Source: a virus
IMG/VR virus record: IMGVR_UViG_3300049595_001870
Span: 53,779 to 117,778 of that record
Reading direction: 5' to 3' (one strand)
Length of the DNA: 64,000 bases
The notes under the pieces are model-generated. The model was given only the letters and a program-made list of their open reading frames with translations. It made no database searches and was not told the DNA's origin. Every line of letters begins with the position of its first letter. Position 1 is the stretch's first letter. A program made the position numbers and the translations under genes. This document shows, one piece after another, positions 43,895-53,625 of this stretch.

Positions 43895-44408
43895 ATTCCA
43901 ACTTCGGGGAGTCCACTACGGTCACGGCCTTCACGGCAGCCGCCGCTTCTAGCACCTGCCTTCTTAGCTCTACCTCCAGCTCCTCCTCCGTCATCAGCTC
44001 CAGTGGCTTCTTCGCGCCGCCCATGGCCGTGTTGTTGACGACCAGCCGCATCACGCCCTCCAGCATCTTGGTGCGGAAGGCGCCACCGACCGGGGCATCG
44101 TAGAACTGCTTCATGTAGCAGTTCGCAAATCCGCGAACCCCACCGAAGTATTCCATCAACACCTCCAGCAGCTCGCTGGAGTGCGGAATGCAGGCCCCGC
44201 CTACGCGAGCTGCGCCGATAAAGATGTCCACGGCGCCGCGTTCGATCTCGTCCAACTTTTTGGACGAACGGGACTTCCGCGCCTTGCGGATCTTTTTGTT
44301 CCGGCAATTCTTGCATCTGGGGTGCAAGCCATCCTTGGACTTGTGGAAATTCTCGGGCGTGGCGGGAAAGACCCTCCCGCAATCTATGCAAGCGCGGGTG
44401 TCGGACAT
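43851..44408 (-). CDS. Putative terminase small subunit with N-terminal Zn ribbon
   Basis: CIDC..CKNC; immediately upstream of terL; MTEEELE tail. Confidence 0.5.
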   Translation of the reverse strand: MSDTRACIDCGRVFPATPENFHKSKDGLHPRCKNCRNKKIRKARKSRSSKKLDEIERGAVDIFIGAARVGGACIPHSSELLEVLMEYFGGVRGFANCYMKQFYDAPVGGAFRTKMLEGVMRLVVNNTAMGGAKKPLELMTEEELEVELRRQVLEAAAAVKAVTVVDSPKLEYAPPTPESTPAAGS

Positions 44409-45253
44409 TTCAGATCGATAAGCCTTGTTTGGCCGTCATGCCCAGACTCCCAGGCGTTCTTCAGCTTGTCGCTGACGCCGGACGCCGACATCACCACCGG
44501 CTTGCCGACGCACTTGGGCTTCCAATGCCCGGCCCAGGCGTCCCAATTGCACAGCACCGGGTTGTAGCCGAGCTTCTGCGTGCCAACCAAAGACAGGTCG
44601 CGGGTCATGGTCACATCTTCGGTGGAAGCCTTCTCGGCGGCGTACTTGTCCTTCCACTCGTAGTAGAACCAGGGCTTGTCGGACTCGGTCTTCGGCTCCG
44701 TGAGATCGAAAGCGCGCATGTCATACATGATGAGGCCCGTGGGCAGGGCAGCGCACTCCTGAATCCCGGCCATCTTCACGGCCGTGTGGCGATCGTACAT
44801 CTCCAACTGATAGTCTGGGTTGGGATGGAAGGACTGCATGTTCTGCCAGCGGAACACGTACACGCACTCATGCGGCGGCGGGCCGCAGTACGGGGCACCG
44901 ATCACCACCGGCCCCTTGGCGTAATGTTTGACGATATAATCAAACGAAGACGGGAAGAACGGCTTGGCGTCCGGAGTACCGGCGTACAGGTCCGGCTTCA
45001 TGTCGGAGTCGATCATCAGAAGCACATCGACGCCAAACTGCCGGGCCATGATCACGGCGCGGTTCCGCGTCATGGTGATCGGCGTGTCGGCCAGATTCCA
45101 AATGCGGATCTGATCGACACGCGGATCCTTGGACAAGTCAGCCACGCACGGCACCATCCACTCTCGGATGTCGGGGACCTCAGAGGAGATGCCGCCGTTG
45201 CCGCCGTACGAGAACGTGCAGATGCCGACGTTAAACTTCTGGAGCATGGCCAC
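44384..45253 (-). CDS. GT-A fold (GT2-like) glycosyltransferase
   Basis: ITMTRN, LLMIDSDM (DxD), VIGAPY, TGLIM, TED, GHWK. Confidence 0.75.
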   Translation of the reverse strand: MAMLQKFNVGICTFSYGGNGGISSEVPDIREWMVPCVADLSKDPRVDQIRIWNLADTPITMTRNRAVIMARQFGVDVLLMIDSDMKPDLYAGTPDAKPFFPSSFDYIVKHYAKGPVVIGAPYCGPPPHECVYVFRWQNMQSFHPNPDYQLEMYDRHTAVKMAGIQECAALPTGLIMYDMRAFDLTEPKTESDKPWFYYEWKDKYAAEKASTEDVTMTRDLSLVGTQKLGYNPVLCNWDAWAGHWKPKCVGKPVVMSASGVSDKLKNAWESGHDGQTRLIDLKCPTPALA

Positions 45254-45289
45254 CTCGGGGGGAAGAAGGTGCCATCAGTATACAGACGA

Positions 45290-46918
45290 TCAGCCCCGGC
45301 CGCCAGACCGCAAGAGCGCCAGGCCGCGGTTCATCAGGGCCTGCGATTGGCGGTCGGCTTGGCGGGACCTGGGATTGGCCGGCGGCGCCGGGCGCTGAAG
45401 CGGAGTGCCCTGCGTTCGCTCGGGAATGGGCTGCGCTTGGCCTGCCTTGACTTTCGGTGTGGCCGGCACGGGCTTGCGGAACGCCTCGGCCATGTCGCGG
45501 CGTTGCTCTGGAGTCCAAGTGGCGAACGGGTCCTGTGGAGTGTTTTGCGGCGCTGGCCTCCAGCTACTGACTTTCGCACCTTGCATGGCCAGCTCAGGCG
45601 TCCACTCCACCAACTGGCGGCTACCGGGCATAAACGCCATGGGCGTCAGGCCAGTCTGCTGCTGCATCCTGCGAACCGCTTCAATCTGCGCCTCTAGGCC
45701 CATCACCTGCTCGCCATTTGGCCCGCGTGTCATGCCGGGACGCAGCGGGTAGTCCCACTGGCTTGGCGTCTTCGGTGGCGGCGGCGATGGCGCCGGCGCT
45801 GGCGCCGGCGTGTCTAGCAAACTTTGTGGAAACTCTGGGCCGGCGATCCGGCGCCCACCGGCTGGCGGCAGAGAGGGGCCACTGGGCATTAGCCCGGGAG
45901 GCGGCGGCGCCTCTGGGTCGGCCCCATCTGGAAGCCTACTCTCCGCATCAATGTTGCTGGTTAAGTCTATGCCTGGAGATGCGTCGAATTCCGCCCGGCC
46001 GACTTTTCTCCAGCCCGTTCCTGCCCGCGGCGATTGCCCGCCCGTGCTGAAGCTGGCCTTTTGGCCTGTCTGCGGGTTGATATAAAACTGAAACGCTTGA
46101 GTGACCGCAGAGCCCGGCGGGGCAAAGATGAAATCGTTCGCGCCTGCCACAGGCGGCGGGCTGGGCTGTGCCGGGCCACTAAGTCCCTGTCCAACCAACT
46201 CCTGCCATTTCTGGACCGAGGCTTGGAGACGTTCGTCGTCTTGCGCTTGCAAACTCTTCGCGTCCTGCGGGGAGACGTAGACGGTTCGCGCAGAGCGGGT
46301 TCCGGCATTCATTACATATGGAACGAGCCCTGGGCCTGGGTCGGGGTACATTGGCACCTGGGCGCCAGTTGGTCGATAGCTAGTATCCAGAGGCTGCTGT
46401 CCGGCCCCAGGTGCTGGCGAAGGCATTCCGGCCGCAGGAGGTGCCAAGCTCGGCGCATTCGCACCATACGGCAGGCCGGTGGCGGGATTCACAAATTTGG
46501 GAATGTCCAAAACCTTCTGTGGCGCAGGGGCGGGCGGCATCAACGCGGGCGGCGCGGACTGCTGCCCCAGGTTCTTTATGAGCCGGTCCCGGAATCCGTC
46601 GGGCACCTGCATGCCGTACTGGTCGAACATCGACAGGATGCCATCGACGTTGCCGGTGGCAAACGGGTTTCCTTGGTACACGCCGCTCTTAATGTTCTCG
46701 CCGGCCTGCTGCCACGCCTGCATCGTCGGCACTTTGGTAGCCGGCCTGCCCTCACGCAGGGCTAGGTTGTACTCCCGCTGATTTTTCAGGTGCTGTTGAG
46801 CGTAGGCGTCCTGCCGCTGAAGATAGGACTGGAGGTCCGGGAATTCCCCAAACGGGCTACGCACCTTCCCTTGCGACGGCGGGCTACTTGCCTGCTGCGT
46901 GTTTTGTAATGGCATCAT
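45290..46918 (-). CDS. Pro/Gln-rich hypothetical protein
   Basis: 542-aa ORF. Confidence 0.6.
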   Translation of the reverse strand: MMPLQNTQQASSPPSQGKVRSPFGEFPDLQSYLQRQDAYAQQHLKNQREYNLALREGRPATKVPTMQAWQQAGENIKSGVYQGNPFATGNVDGILSMFDQYGMQVPDGFRDRLIKNLGQQSAPPALMPPAPAPQKVLDIPKFVNPATGLPYGANAPSLAPPAAGMPSPAPGAGQQPLDTSYRPTGAQVPMYPDPGPGLVPYVMNAGTRSARTVYVSPQDAKSLQAQDDERLQASVQKWQELVGQGLSGPAQPSPPPVAGANDFIFAPPGSAVTQAFQFYINPQTGQKASFSTGGQSPRAGTGWRKVGRAEFDASPGIDLTSNIDAESRLPDGADPEAPPPPGLMPSGPSLPPAGGRRIAGPEFPQSLLDTPAPAPAPSPPPPKTPSQWDYPLRPGMTRGPNGEQVMGLEAQIEAVRRMQQQTGLTPMAFMPGSRQLVEWTPELAMQGAKVSSWRPAPQNTPQDPFATWTPEQRRDMAEAFRKPVPATPKVKAGQAQPIPERTQGTPLQRPAPPANPRSRQADRQSQALMNRGLALLRSGGRG

Positions 46919-46948
46919 GGCTCACGCCTTGGATGAAAGTGAGATCGA

Positions 46949-48979
46949 CTAACGAAAAGGGCTCAATGTGGGGTGAGGTGGAGGCGTATAAAACACACTG
47001 GAGCCCCAAGTATTTTTAGCGGGCCGCTGGGCTAGGTATGTGTCAAGGTCCGCGCCGACCCAAGGATTGGACTCTGGGCGTACATCGCGGCCATCTTGCC
47101 AGTACTTGTCAACAGAGTCTGGTCGCATGGAGTTCATGGTTACTGGATCATAATTTGCGGCAATGGTGTATGCCTTCTCTCTATCTGAACCTTGCAGTGC
47201 GCGAATGCCGGTCTGTCTGCCGAGAGCGGCATTAAGCCATGGGTCCTGAAAGCCATACCGGCTATTCTGCCACCAGCCCGCTTCTTCAGCCATTTGCGGG
47301 TGGCTGTATTGCGGCGCCAGGGCGGGGGCGTCCGCAGCCTGCTTATCAAAAATGTCCAAATACCAATCCCAATCCTTTTGGCTGACGCCGGCCGGCGCGC
47401 GCTGTCGCTCGTCTCCGAAATACTCCATGATCGGCCTGCCGTCCGGGCCAATCATGTTTTTTGCGGTGTCGTATTTCGGTCGCTGGTCCAATGGGACGGC
47501 GGCAAGCCCTTGTTCGTAGTTTCGCCAACGGGCCAGCCGACTGGCATTTGATTCAGCGTTCCAGTTCTGGGCCCTCTCATCCAAGATTAGCGCGTGCTTT
47601 TGGTATTCAGCCTCCATTGCAGCCCGGTCAAATGGGATGCCGCGCTCTTTAAAAGCCTGCTCGGCAGCGGCGAGCTGCTCTGGAACATGGTCCCTGTGCC
47701 TTGTTTTCGCCTTCTCAATTCCTTCCGGCGTTGCCCAGTCAGGCGTAGCCAATGTATTTGTGTCCGAGTGCAGGAACTTGTCTCTGTCGGCAAAACGCTG
47801 TGCCCACGCTCCCCGGAACTCTGGAGGCGCAGCGGCCGGCGCCGCCGCTTGCATCGGGTTGTAGGCCGTGCCTTGGCTGGGCTCAGAAATGGACCGTGCC
47901 GTGCCTGGCGCCGCTGGTGCAGTGGGCCTCGCGGTTGCGTAAATCGGTTGCAGTGGCTGGTTGATGCCGCCGCCGCCCCACCCAATGATCCGAGGCGTTC
48001 CGTCGGCGTGATAGTTGCTATGCCAATACTGGGCCTGCATAGCGTTAGGGCCCCAATAATCGGCCAGCGTCACGCCGTTTGGATATGGGTTGTATCCAGG
48101 CTGGTTTTGAGGCAGGTCCACATTCATCCTTGGGGCAAATGCTTGCTCGCGTGCGGACTGCTCTGCTTGCTGGCGGAGGCTGTCCTGCTGACGCGCGTAC
48201 GCCGCCTCTGCATTAAATCTGGCCGACGATTCGGCGGCTGTTTCGTTATCTCGCCGCGCGGGCGGAGGACCAACTGGCGCCGTATTGACAGCCCTAGCCA
48301 CCTGCTGAGAGCCGGCCGCCGCGGTGCTTGGCGGCTGGGACTGCGGAGCAGCGCGAGATGCCGCGGCGTCCTTGGTCATCTGGCCCAACGTCGTCTGGTT
48401 GCTGTAGCGAGCTGCGTCGTCTTTATAGCTGCGAATTTGCCCCGTCACGTCGCCGGCCAGACGCTGATGCAAAACATCTTGCGACCAGTCGCGCGAGCCA
48501 TATCTATCCATAGCCTTTAGCGCTATTTCAGATTGCGTCCAAGTACCTGGGTCGTACATCTTCATGTAGGCGTCGTACGCCTCGTTGCGCGCAGCCACCA
48601 GCGCATCTTTATTTTCCCAGTCCAAGCTCTTGGAGCCCGCAAAGCCAAAGTTGCCAAATTGCTGTGAGCCGAGGCGCATCAGCCGTCCGTTGGCGTCATA
48701 GTGATCTTCCTCTGGGCCGCGGGCAGCCCCAGTCCCTTGCTGGTTGTAATACTGGACGCCGTCAACCATGCCTGAGTATTGGTTTTGCTGGGACGTGGCT
48801 GAAGCCTTGCCTTGCTGTGGCGAGTAGGCGCTAAAGCCGCCAGCGTTCTGGCCTCCCGCGGCCTGCCCGCCCTGCACAAGGCTGCGAACCTGATTGCCGT
48901 ACGGTTCCACTTGCCCTTGGGCGCGCAACTGATTCTGGCGATTGCGGCTTCCGAAACCGGCGTGACCGAATGCGCTCAT
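46949..48979 (-). CDS. Hypothetical protein (676 aa)
   Basis: Long ORF in late block. Confidence 0.65.
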   Translation of the reverse strand: MSAFGHAGFGSRNRQNQLRAQGQVEPYGNQVRSLVQGGQAAGGQNAGGFSAYSPQQGKASATSQQNQYSGMVDGVQYYNQQGTGAARGPEEDHYDANGRLMRLGSQQFGNFGFAGSKSLDWENKDALVAARNEAYDAYMKMYDPGTWTQSEIALKAMDRYGSRDWSQDVLHQRLAGDVTGQIRSYKDDAARYSNQTTLGQMTKDAAASRAAPQSQPPSTAAAGSQQVARAVNTAPVGPPPARRDNETAAESSARFNAEAAYARQQDSLRQQAEQSAREQAFAPRMNVDLPQNQPGYNPYPNGVTLADYWGPNAMQAQYWHSNYHADGTPRIIGWGGGGINQPLQPIYATARPTAPAAPGTARSISEPSQGTAYNPMQAAAPAAAPPEFRGAWAQRFADRDKFLHSDTNTLATPDWATPEGIEKAKTRHRDHVPEQLAAAEQAFKERGIPFDRAAMEAEYQKHALILDERAQNWNAESNASRLARWRNYEQGLAAVPLDQRPKYDTAKNMIGPDGRPIMEYFGDERQRAPAGVSQKDWDWYLDIFDKQAADAPALAPQYSHPQMAEEAGWWQNSRYGFQDPWLNAALGRQTGIRALQGSDREKAYTIAANYDPVTMNSMRPDSVDKYWQDGRDVRPESNPWVGADLDTYLAQRPAKNTWGSSVFYTPPPHPTLSPFR

Positions 48980-49131
48980 CGCTCACCCTGCTTGTTTGTC
49001 ATCCGGTCGGTGCCCATGCGGAAGCCCTGGAGCATGCGAACCTGGGTGGCGTCCTTGGATGGCCTGTCGGCCCGGACAGCTCGGATGAGCTGCCGGATGT
49101 AGTTCATGTTGCTATGGGCCGGTCTATCCAT
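48976..49131 (-). CDS. 51-aa hypothetical protein (MDRPAHSNMNYIRQLI...)
   Basis: Below cutoff; ATGA overlap with 46949-48979. Confidence 0.5.
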   Translation of the reverse strand: MDRPAHSNMNYIRQLIRAVRADRPSKDATQVRMLQGFRMGTDRMTNKQGER

Positions 49132-49172
49132 AAAAGAAAACAGCCGGCCGGCGCTAGTCCGACCGGCTGTCC
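49130..49172 (-). terminator. Rho-independent terminator after capsid genes
   Basis: ACAGCCGG(T/C)CGG stem followed by TTTTCTTTTAT on minus strand. Confidence 0.7.
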
Positions 49173-49198
49173 CCCGTAAGCCCCGCTAGGGGCAATCA

Positions 49199-49483
49199 TC
49201 ACGCGGTCGTTGTGCCGATCAATCCGAGGTTGCCAAGAGCCGTGACCAGCGCCGTGACGCCGGCCGCACCGGCAGTAATGCCGACAGGCTTGGTCGTTAC
49301 GGCCGCGCCGAAGAATCCAAGACGACCGCTGGTCACGCCGACCGAGGCCGTGGACGCACCAATCGTCACGGTGGACGGCGAGATAGTCAGCGAGGAATCG
49401 TCACCAGTGACATGCTGGAGCGCGTCCCAGACGCGGTTTCCGGCAGCCTCGTCGGCCAGGCCAACGATCAATTTGCTACGCAT
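49199..49483 (-). CDS. Small structural protein (head fibre/decoration-like)
   Basis: RLGFFGAAVTTKP..LVTALGNLGLI. Confidence 0.65.
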   Translation of the reverse strand: MRSKLIVGLADEAAGNRVWDALQHVTGDDSSLTISPSTVTIGASTASVGVTSGRLGFFGAAVTTKPVGITAGAAGVTALVTALGNLGLIGTTTA

Positions 49484-49486
49484 GGG

Positions 49487-50068
49487 TCAGCTCCGCAGGA
49501 TCTTGACGCTCGCCAGCACGTTGGTCCCGGCATTGCCGGCCGACAGGGCTGTGCCCACATGGCCGGGAAGCAGGAGCGTGTTGGCAGAGGTGTGAGCACG
49601 GCCACCCGAGGCACCGCTGGTCGCGGCCTGATCGGTCAGCGAAGAGGTCGAAGCGGCACCCGTGTAGGCCACCAACGTCGTCCCAAGGGCACAGGTCTGG
49701 GCGGGACCCAGCGTGACCTCGGTCTGACCATCGACCGTCAACCAGAACACATCATTGACCGCCACGCCCGTGGCCGGCAGATACTCGTCCACCACGCCAG
49801 CAACGGTGACCGTCACATCGGTGGTGTAGCCGTCCACCTCCGTGATCTTGCCGTTCTTGTAGGCCACCAGCTTCTTGCCGGCGAGCGGCACGGTGGCGAC
49901 GTTCCGCACAGCAACGCAGGTCTTCACCCGGTTGCTCCGCACCTTGCCGGTGCGCGGATTCACATCCGGAAAAGTCTTCACTACGCCCACCCAGTTCTCA
50001 CCGTCCGTGGCACTGGTCACCCCGAGCGTCTGCCCGAGCGAGAAAGGCGGATCGACATACAGGCTCAT
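49487..50068 (-). CDS. Capsid decoration/cement-like protein
   Basis: Directly after MCP; FWLTVDG motif. Confidence 0.65.
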   Translation of the reverse strand: MSLYVDPPFSLGQTLGVTSATDGENWVGVVKTFPDVNPRTGKVRSNRVKTCVAVRNVATVPLAGKKLVAYKNGKITEVDGYTTDVTVTVAGVVDEYLPATGVAVNDVFWLTVDGQTEVTLGPAQTCALGTTLVAYTGAASTSSLTDQAATSGASGGRAHTSANTLLLPGHVGTALSAGNAGTNVLASVKILRS

Positions 50069-50083
50069 CTGTTACTCCTCGGA

Positions 50084-51196
50084 TCAGGCGATCAGTTTGA
50101 AAAAGTTGCGCGGACTCTTGAACTTAAGGTTGCCGAGCGTCGAAACCACGTAGCGGTACTGCTGCGTAATTTCGTCGTAAAACGGTCCCTCGCTCACCAT
50201 GAGCTGGTTTTCCATGCACAGCAGTTCGACGTTGCCGACGGCAAGACCGTAGCCGGTGTTCGCCGGCACGCTGTTCTCAGACGACACTTCGACGCCGTCC
50301 AGCTCAAAGACATCCGTGAACCCGTAGCTCCGCAAGCCGTTGGTGCGGCTGATGATCACCCGCTCTTTGGCGTCCAGCGTGTTCAGGAAGTCGATGAACA
50401 GCCGGCGGTTCAGGAGGACCATGTCCACCTGATCCTCCTTGGTGTCGTTCCGGCGGGTCTGGTGAAGCGCCTCGCGGACGGCCTTCACGCAGTTGTCCTT
50501 CCAAGTCGTCGCACCGAAGTAGGACGAGTCGGCGTTGACGATTACCGGAGAGAAGAAGTCAAACTCCGGATCCACCTTGCCGTTCGGCCAGGACACCACG
50601 CCGTCCGCGCTGCCGCCGTACGCGCCCAGCACGGTCGAAAGACCGGCGTAGGAGTCGTTCGGGTAGTAGAACGGATCGGCGGCGTTCGCCGAGCGATTGA
50701 CGGCACCGGCCGAAGTGGCGGTGATCGTCTCCGTGGCGTTCATAAACGACTCAACGCCATGGAACCGCAGCTCGTTCCCGGTGGCATAGCCGTCCTGAAT
50801 CCACTCCTGCGCCAGGTACTGCTCCATGCTGGTGAGCAGGCGGCTGGCCATCTTGCCGGCGACGTTCACCAGGGCCTGGGCGCTCCGATTCTCCAGCATT
50901 TCCTTCTTGTAGATGGCGTCCGTGACCTGCGCGCCACGGTACTCCAGCTCCAGTTTCTTCCAGAGATTCTCGCGGCTGAAGGAGCGAGGCGTCTCGCCGT
51001 TGTTGCCGGACGGCGTATGGTTGCGGTACTGGATTTCCCAGTCGAAACCGCGCCCTGACATGTTGGTCCGGATCTGCCCGGAGCCCTCCAGAGCGGCGAA
51101 GAACTTGTACTTCCGCAGCGATGCGATCTCCTCCTCGCGGAGGTGGTTGACGATCGTCGTTGCAATACTACGAGCCCAGTCAGTCGAACTGGCCAT
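50084..51196 (-). CDS. Major capsid protein
   Basis: 370 aa after scaffold; GGRGFDW-like E-loop region, NLKFKSPR C-terminal motif. Confidence 0.8.
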   Translation of the reverse strand: MASSTDWARSIATTIVNHLREEEIASLRKYKFFAALEGSGQIRTNMSGRGFDWEIQYRNHTPSGNNGETPRSFSRENLWKKLELEYRGAQVTDAIYKKEMLENRSAQALVNVAGKMASRLLTSMEQYLAQEWIQDGYATGNELRFHGVESFMNATETITATSAGAVNRSANAADPFYYPNDSYAGLSTVLGAYGGSADGVVSWPNGKVDPEFDFFSPVIVNADSSYFGATTWKDNCVKAVREALHQTRRNDTKEDQVDMVLLNRRLFIDFLNTLDAKERVIISRTNGLRSYGFTDVFELDGVEVSSENSVPANTGYGLAVGNVELLCMENQLMVSEGPFYDEITQQYRYVVSTLGNLKFKSPRNFFKLIA

Positions 51197-52215
51197 TACA
51201 GCACTCCATCAGTTACGAGCTGGCTGCGCAGCCGCTCTTCAAAGGACATCTTCTGCCTCGGCGCCCGAGGCTCCGTGGTTCCGGCACTGCGGTTTGGTGT
51301 ACGGGTGGCGCGTTCACGGAGGAACTGCATGTTCTGAACGGCCACAGGGTCTGCCGCTTGGGGAGCCGCCGGCGCTTGCGGCACGGCATGACCCTGCGCC
51401 ATTTGCGGCTGCATCTGCTGCATCTGCTGGTATCGCAGATTCAGGAGATCCCTCTGGAGCATGCCAGTGGCGTACTGCCAGCGGGCCTCGGGGGTGGAAA
51501 TCCCGATCTCGGAAGCCTGCTGGATATACGCCTGGATGGCCTGGCCTTCCGGAGTGACCTGGCCGTCGGGACTGTACAGCCAGTCGGAGTTCTGCGACTC
51601 CAAAGACTGCACGTAGTTCTGCGCCTTGTAGGACCCGAGCTGCTGCTGCACAAGCTCCTGGGCCTTGGCCATCGCCACCTGTTCGATGAACGGCTTCAGC
51701 GTGTTCTCGGGATCGGTGACGAACTTCCTCGCGAAGTCCGCGGTGTACGCTTGGTACTCCCGCAGGGCCTGCTGCGCCTCAAACGGCGCGTTGGGATCGA
51801 TCACCTCCTTCCCGGTCTGGGGGTCCCGGACGATGAAGGACCGCCATGTGTCCTTCACCTGCGGAGGATTCCACCACCTGGGCGGTTCCTCCTTTTTCGG
51901 AGCCTGTGCAGCAGCCTGCTCTTGCTTCCACTTCTCGTACGCCTGACGGTTCTGGAGGTATTCCGTGGCGTGCGGGATGATCGACTGGTACTGCTGGAGG
52001 CTGCGCTGGGCCTGCTGAAAGCCGTTGAACGCGCCGTACAGGTTGCGGGCGATCGCCAGATCGTCCTGGCCCTGGAACTCCGGCAGATGGCGGAACGCTT
52101 CGTAGGGGGTCGAAAAGCCGCCCTCGGACGACGCTGCCGGCTGCGAATCAGCCACCGGCGCGGAGGCTTCAGGAGCCTCTGGAGCAGCGGAAAGGTTTTC
52201 GATTTCGTCTGACAT
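51196..52215 (-). CDS. Capsid scaffolding protein
   Basis: Ala/Pro/Glu-rich N-terminus, helical, TAATG-coupled to MCP. Confidence 0.7.
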   Translation of the reverse strand: MSDEIENLSAAPEAPEASAPVADSQPAASSEGGFSTPYEAFRHLPEFQGQDDLAIARNLYGAFNGFQQAQRSLQQYQSIIPHATEYLQNRQAYEKWKQEQAAAQAPKKEEPPRWWNPPQVKDTWRSFIVRDPQTGKEVIDPNAPFEAQQALREYQAYTADFARKFVTDPENTLKPFIEQVAMAKAQELVQQQLGSYKAQNYVQSLESQNSDWLYSPDGQVTPEGQAIQAYIQQASEIGISTPEARWQYATGMLQRDLLNLRYQQMQQMQPQMAQGHAVPQAPAAPQAADPVAVQNMQFLRERATRTPNRSAGTTEPRAPRQKMSFEERLRSQLVTDGVL

Positions 52216-52278
52216 GGCGTCCTAGACCCTCGGGGGAGCGGGTTCTAGGAAACTATTGGCACGCCATGTGCGAAATTG

Positions 52279-52503
52279 TTACACCGGCCCAACTTCAACG
52301 CCGTCTTCTGTCTCAATCCACACCCGCGCCCCGCAGGAAAGTGGGTTGTCTGGCTCGTAGCGTATCACGCACGGGCCGTTGATCCGCACGGAGTGGGCGT
52401 AGCGGTTCTCCTTGTAGTTCTTCACCGTGATCACCGGCTCCCGCTCGCCGGTCTTGTGGTTCTTGCGGATCACGTGCTGGTTGATGTGGATGATGTGTTT
52501 CAC
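52279..52503 (-). CDS. Conserved phage protein (IHINQHVIRKN..EPVITVK)
   Basis: Motif GPCVIRYEPDNPLSCGARVWIET. Confidence 0.75.
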   Translation of the reverse strand: MKHIIHINQHVIRKNHKTGEREPVITVKNYKENRYAHSVRINGPCVIRYEPDNPLSCGARVWIETEDGVEVGPV

Positions 52504-52778
52504 GCTTGGACCTCAATGGTTGGCCGGGCGGTCGGCGCCAACAACCCTTGCAAAGCACCCGCGGCCCTGTTTGCTTCTGCGATTGATCCGTAAGCACCGA
52601 GGCTTTGCCCGGTCTGCATGAACCGCTTCAGCGCTTCAGCGTCCGAAAGCACCGTGCCGTCAGGCAGCGTAGTTGGAACCAGCACTATGCGGCCGTCGAT
52701 TTCCAGAGTCAGTGGCCGAGCATCTTGCGTCGGGACACGCCGTGGCACCGGATCAAGTAGGTATCGACCAGAGTTCAT
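52500..52778 (-). CDS. Hypothetical protein (VLVPT..G..LS..EA..F..TGQ.LG.Y)
   Basis: Coupled ORF. Confidence 0.65.
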   Translation of the reverse strand: MNSGRYLLDPVPRRVPTQDARPLTLEIDGRIVLVPTTLPDGTVLSDAEALKRFMQTGQSLGAYGSIAEANRAAGALQGLLAPTARPTIEVQA

Positions 52779-52797
52779 CAGCGGGCCCCGCTTCTTG

Positions 52798-53625
52798 TTA
52801 GTCCTCGCCCATCGCACTGGCAGCTATCGGCGCCAGCAGGCCGTACTTCCGCAAGATGCGGATGGAGTCTTCGGTGCCGGGGAACATGACGTAGTTGCGG
52901 GTGCCTAGAGGCGAGCCGCGAGAAGCGGCGTCTAGGTATTTGACCCCAGGGACTCCTGCGTCCAGCAGGGCCGATGCAGCACGGCGACGACCGCCGGAGT
53001 CGCCAAGCCTGTCCATAATCACCTTTGCACTGAACCGCCTAGAGGGGGGCAGGCCCGGCTCGGCATCAAACCCAAGCGTGCGCAGCGCCTGCTGCACCTG
53101 CGGCGATTGTGTCTCAGCCATTGAGTCGTAATCCAAAAGCGATTCTTCCGGATGCTGGATTGCGACTTCGTACATCCGGCCGGTTCGCTCCTTGGGAGTT
53201 ATTGGCGCGCCGCTAGAGATGAGTTCAGCCGCCTCGCGAAGCATCTTCCCTTGCGATGCGTCGTATCCGTAAGAACCCGGGTCGGCAGCATGCTTGCGCA
53301 ACTTATCCAGCGCAAGCGCGGGAGATTTTCGGGACGACCAATCAACTGAGGAGGGCGTGCCCCAAACCTTCAGGTACTCGGCTGCAACCTGATCTGGCGA
53401 CTCAAATGGAGCCTGGCCGGCTAGTTTGTTGCGATAGTATTGGGCGACCCCCTCCTCGCCAGCGAAGTACAGCCCATGCCCATACGCCTGCGCCCCTTCT
53501 CCGCTGCCGATCTTGCTCGCATCAAACCTGTCAAAGTCATACGGGCTACCGTGGTACGCCCGGATGTACTTGGGATCCGGGGCGGCCCTGCCGACCGCGG
53601 CGATGAGATCGTCTATTTTGCCCAT
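52798..53625 (-). CDS. ADP-ribosyltransferase-like polyvalent-protein domain
   Basis: AYHGSPYDFDRFD..GSGEGAQAYGHGLYFA; GVPGVKYLD..RNYVMF. Confidence 0.6.
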   Translation of the reverse strand: MGKIDDLIAAVGRAAPDPKYIRAYHGSPYDFDRFDASKIGSGEGAQAYGHGLYFAGEEGVAQYYRNKLAGQAPFESPDQVAAEYLKVWGTPSSVDWSSRKSPALALDKLRKHAADPGSYGYDASQGKMLREAAELISSGAPITPKERTGRMYEVAIQHPEESLLDYDSMAETQSPQVQQALRTLGFDAEPGLPPSRRFSAKVIMDRLGDSGGRRRAASALLDAGVPGVKYLDAASRGSPLGTRNYVMFPGTEDSIRILRKYGLLAPIAASAMGED

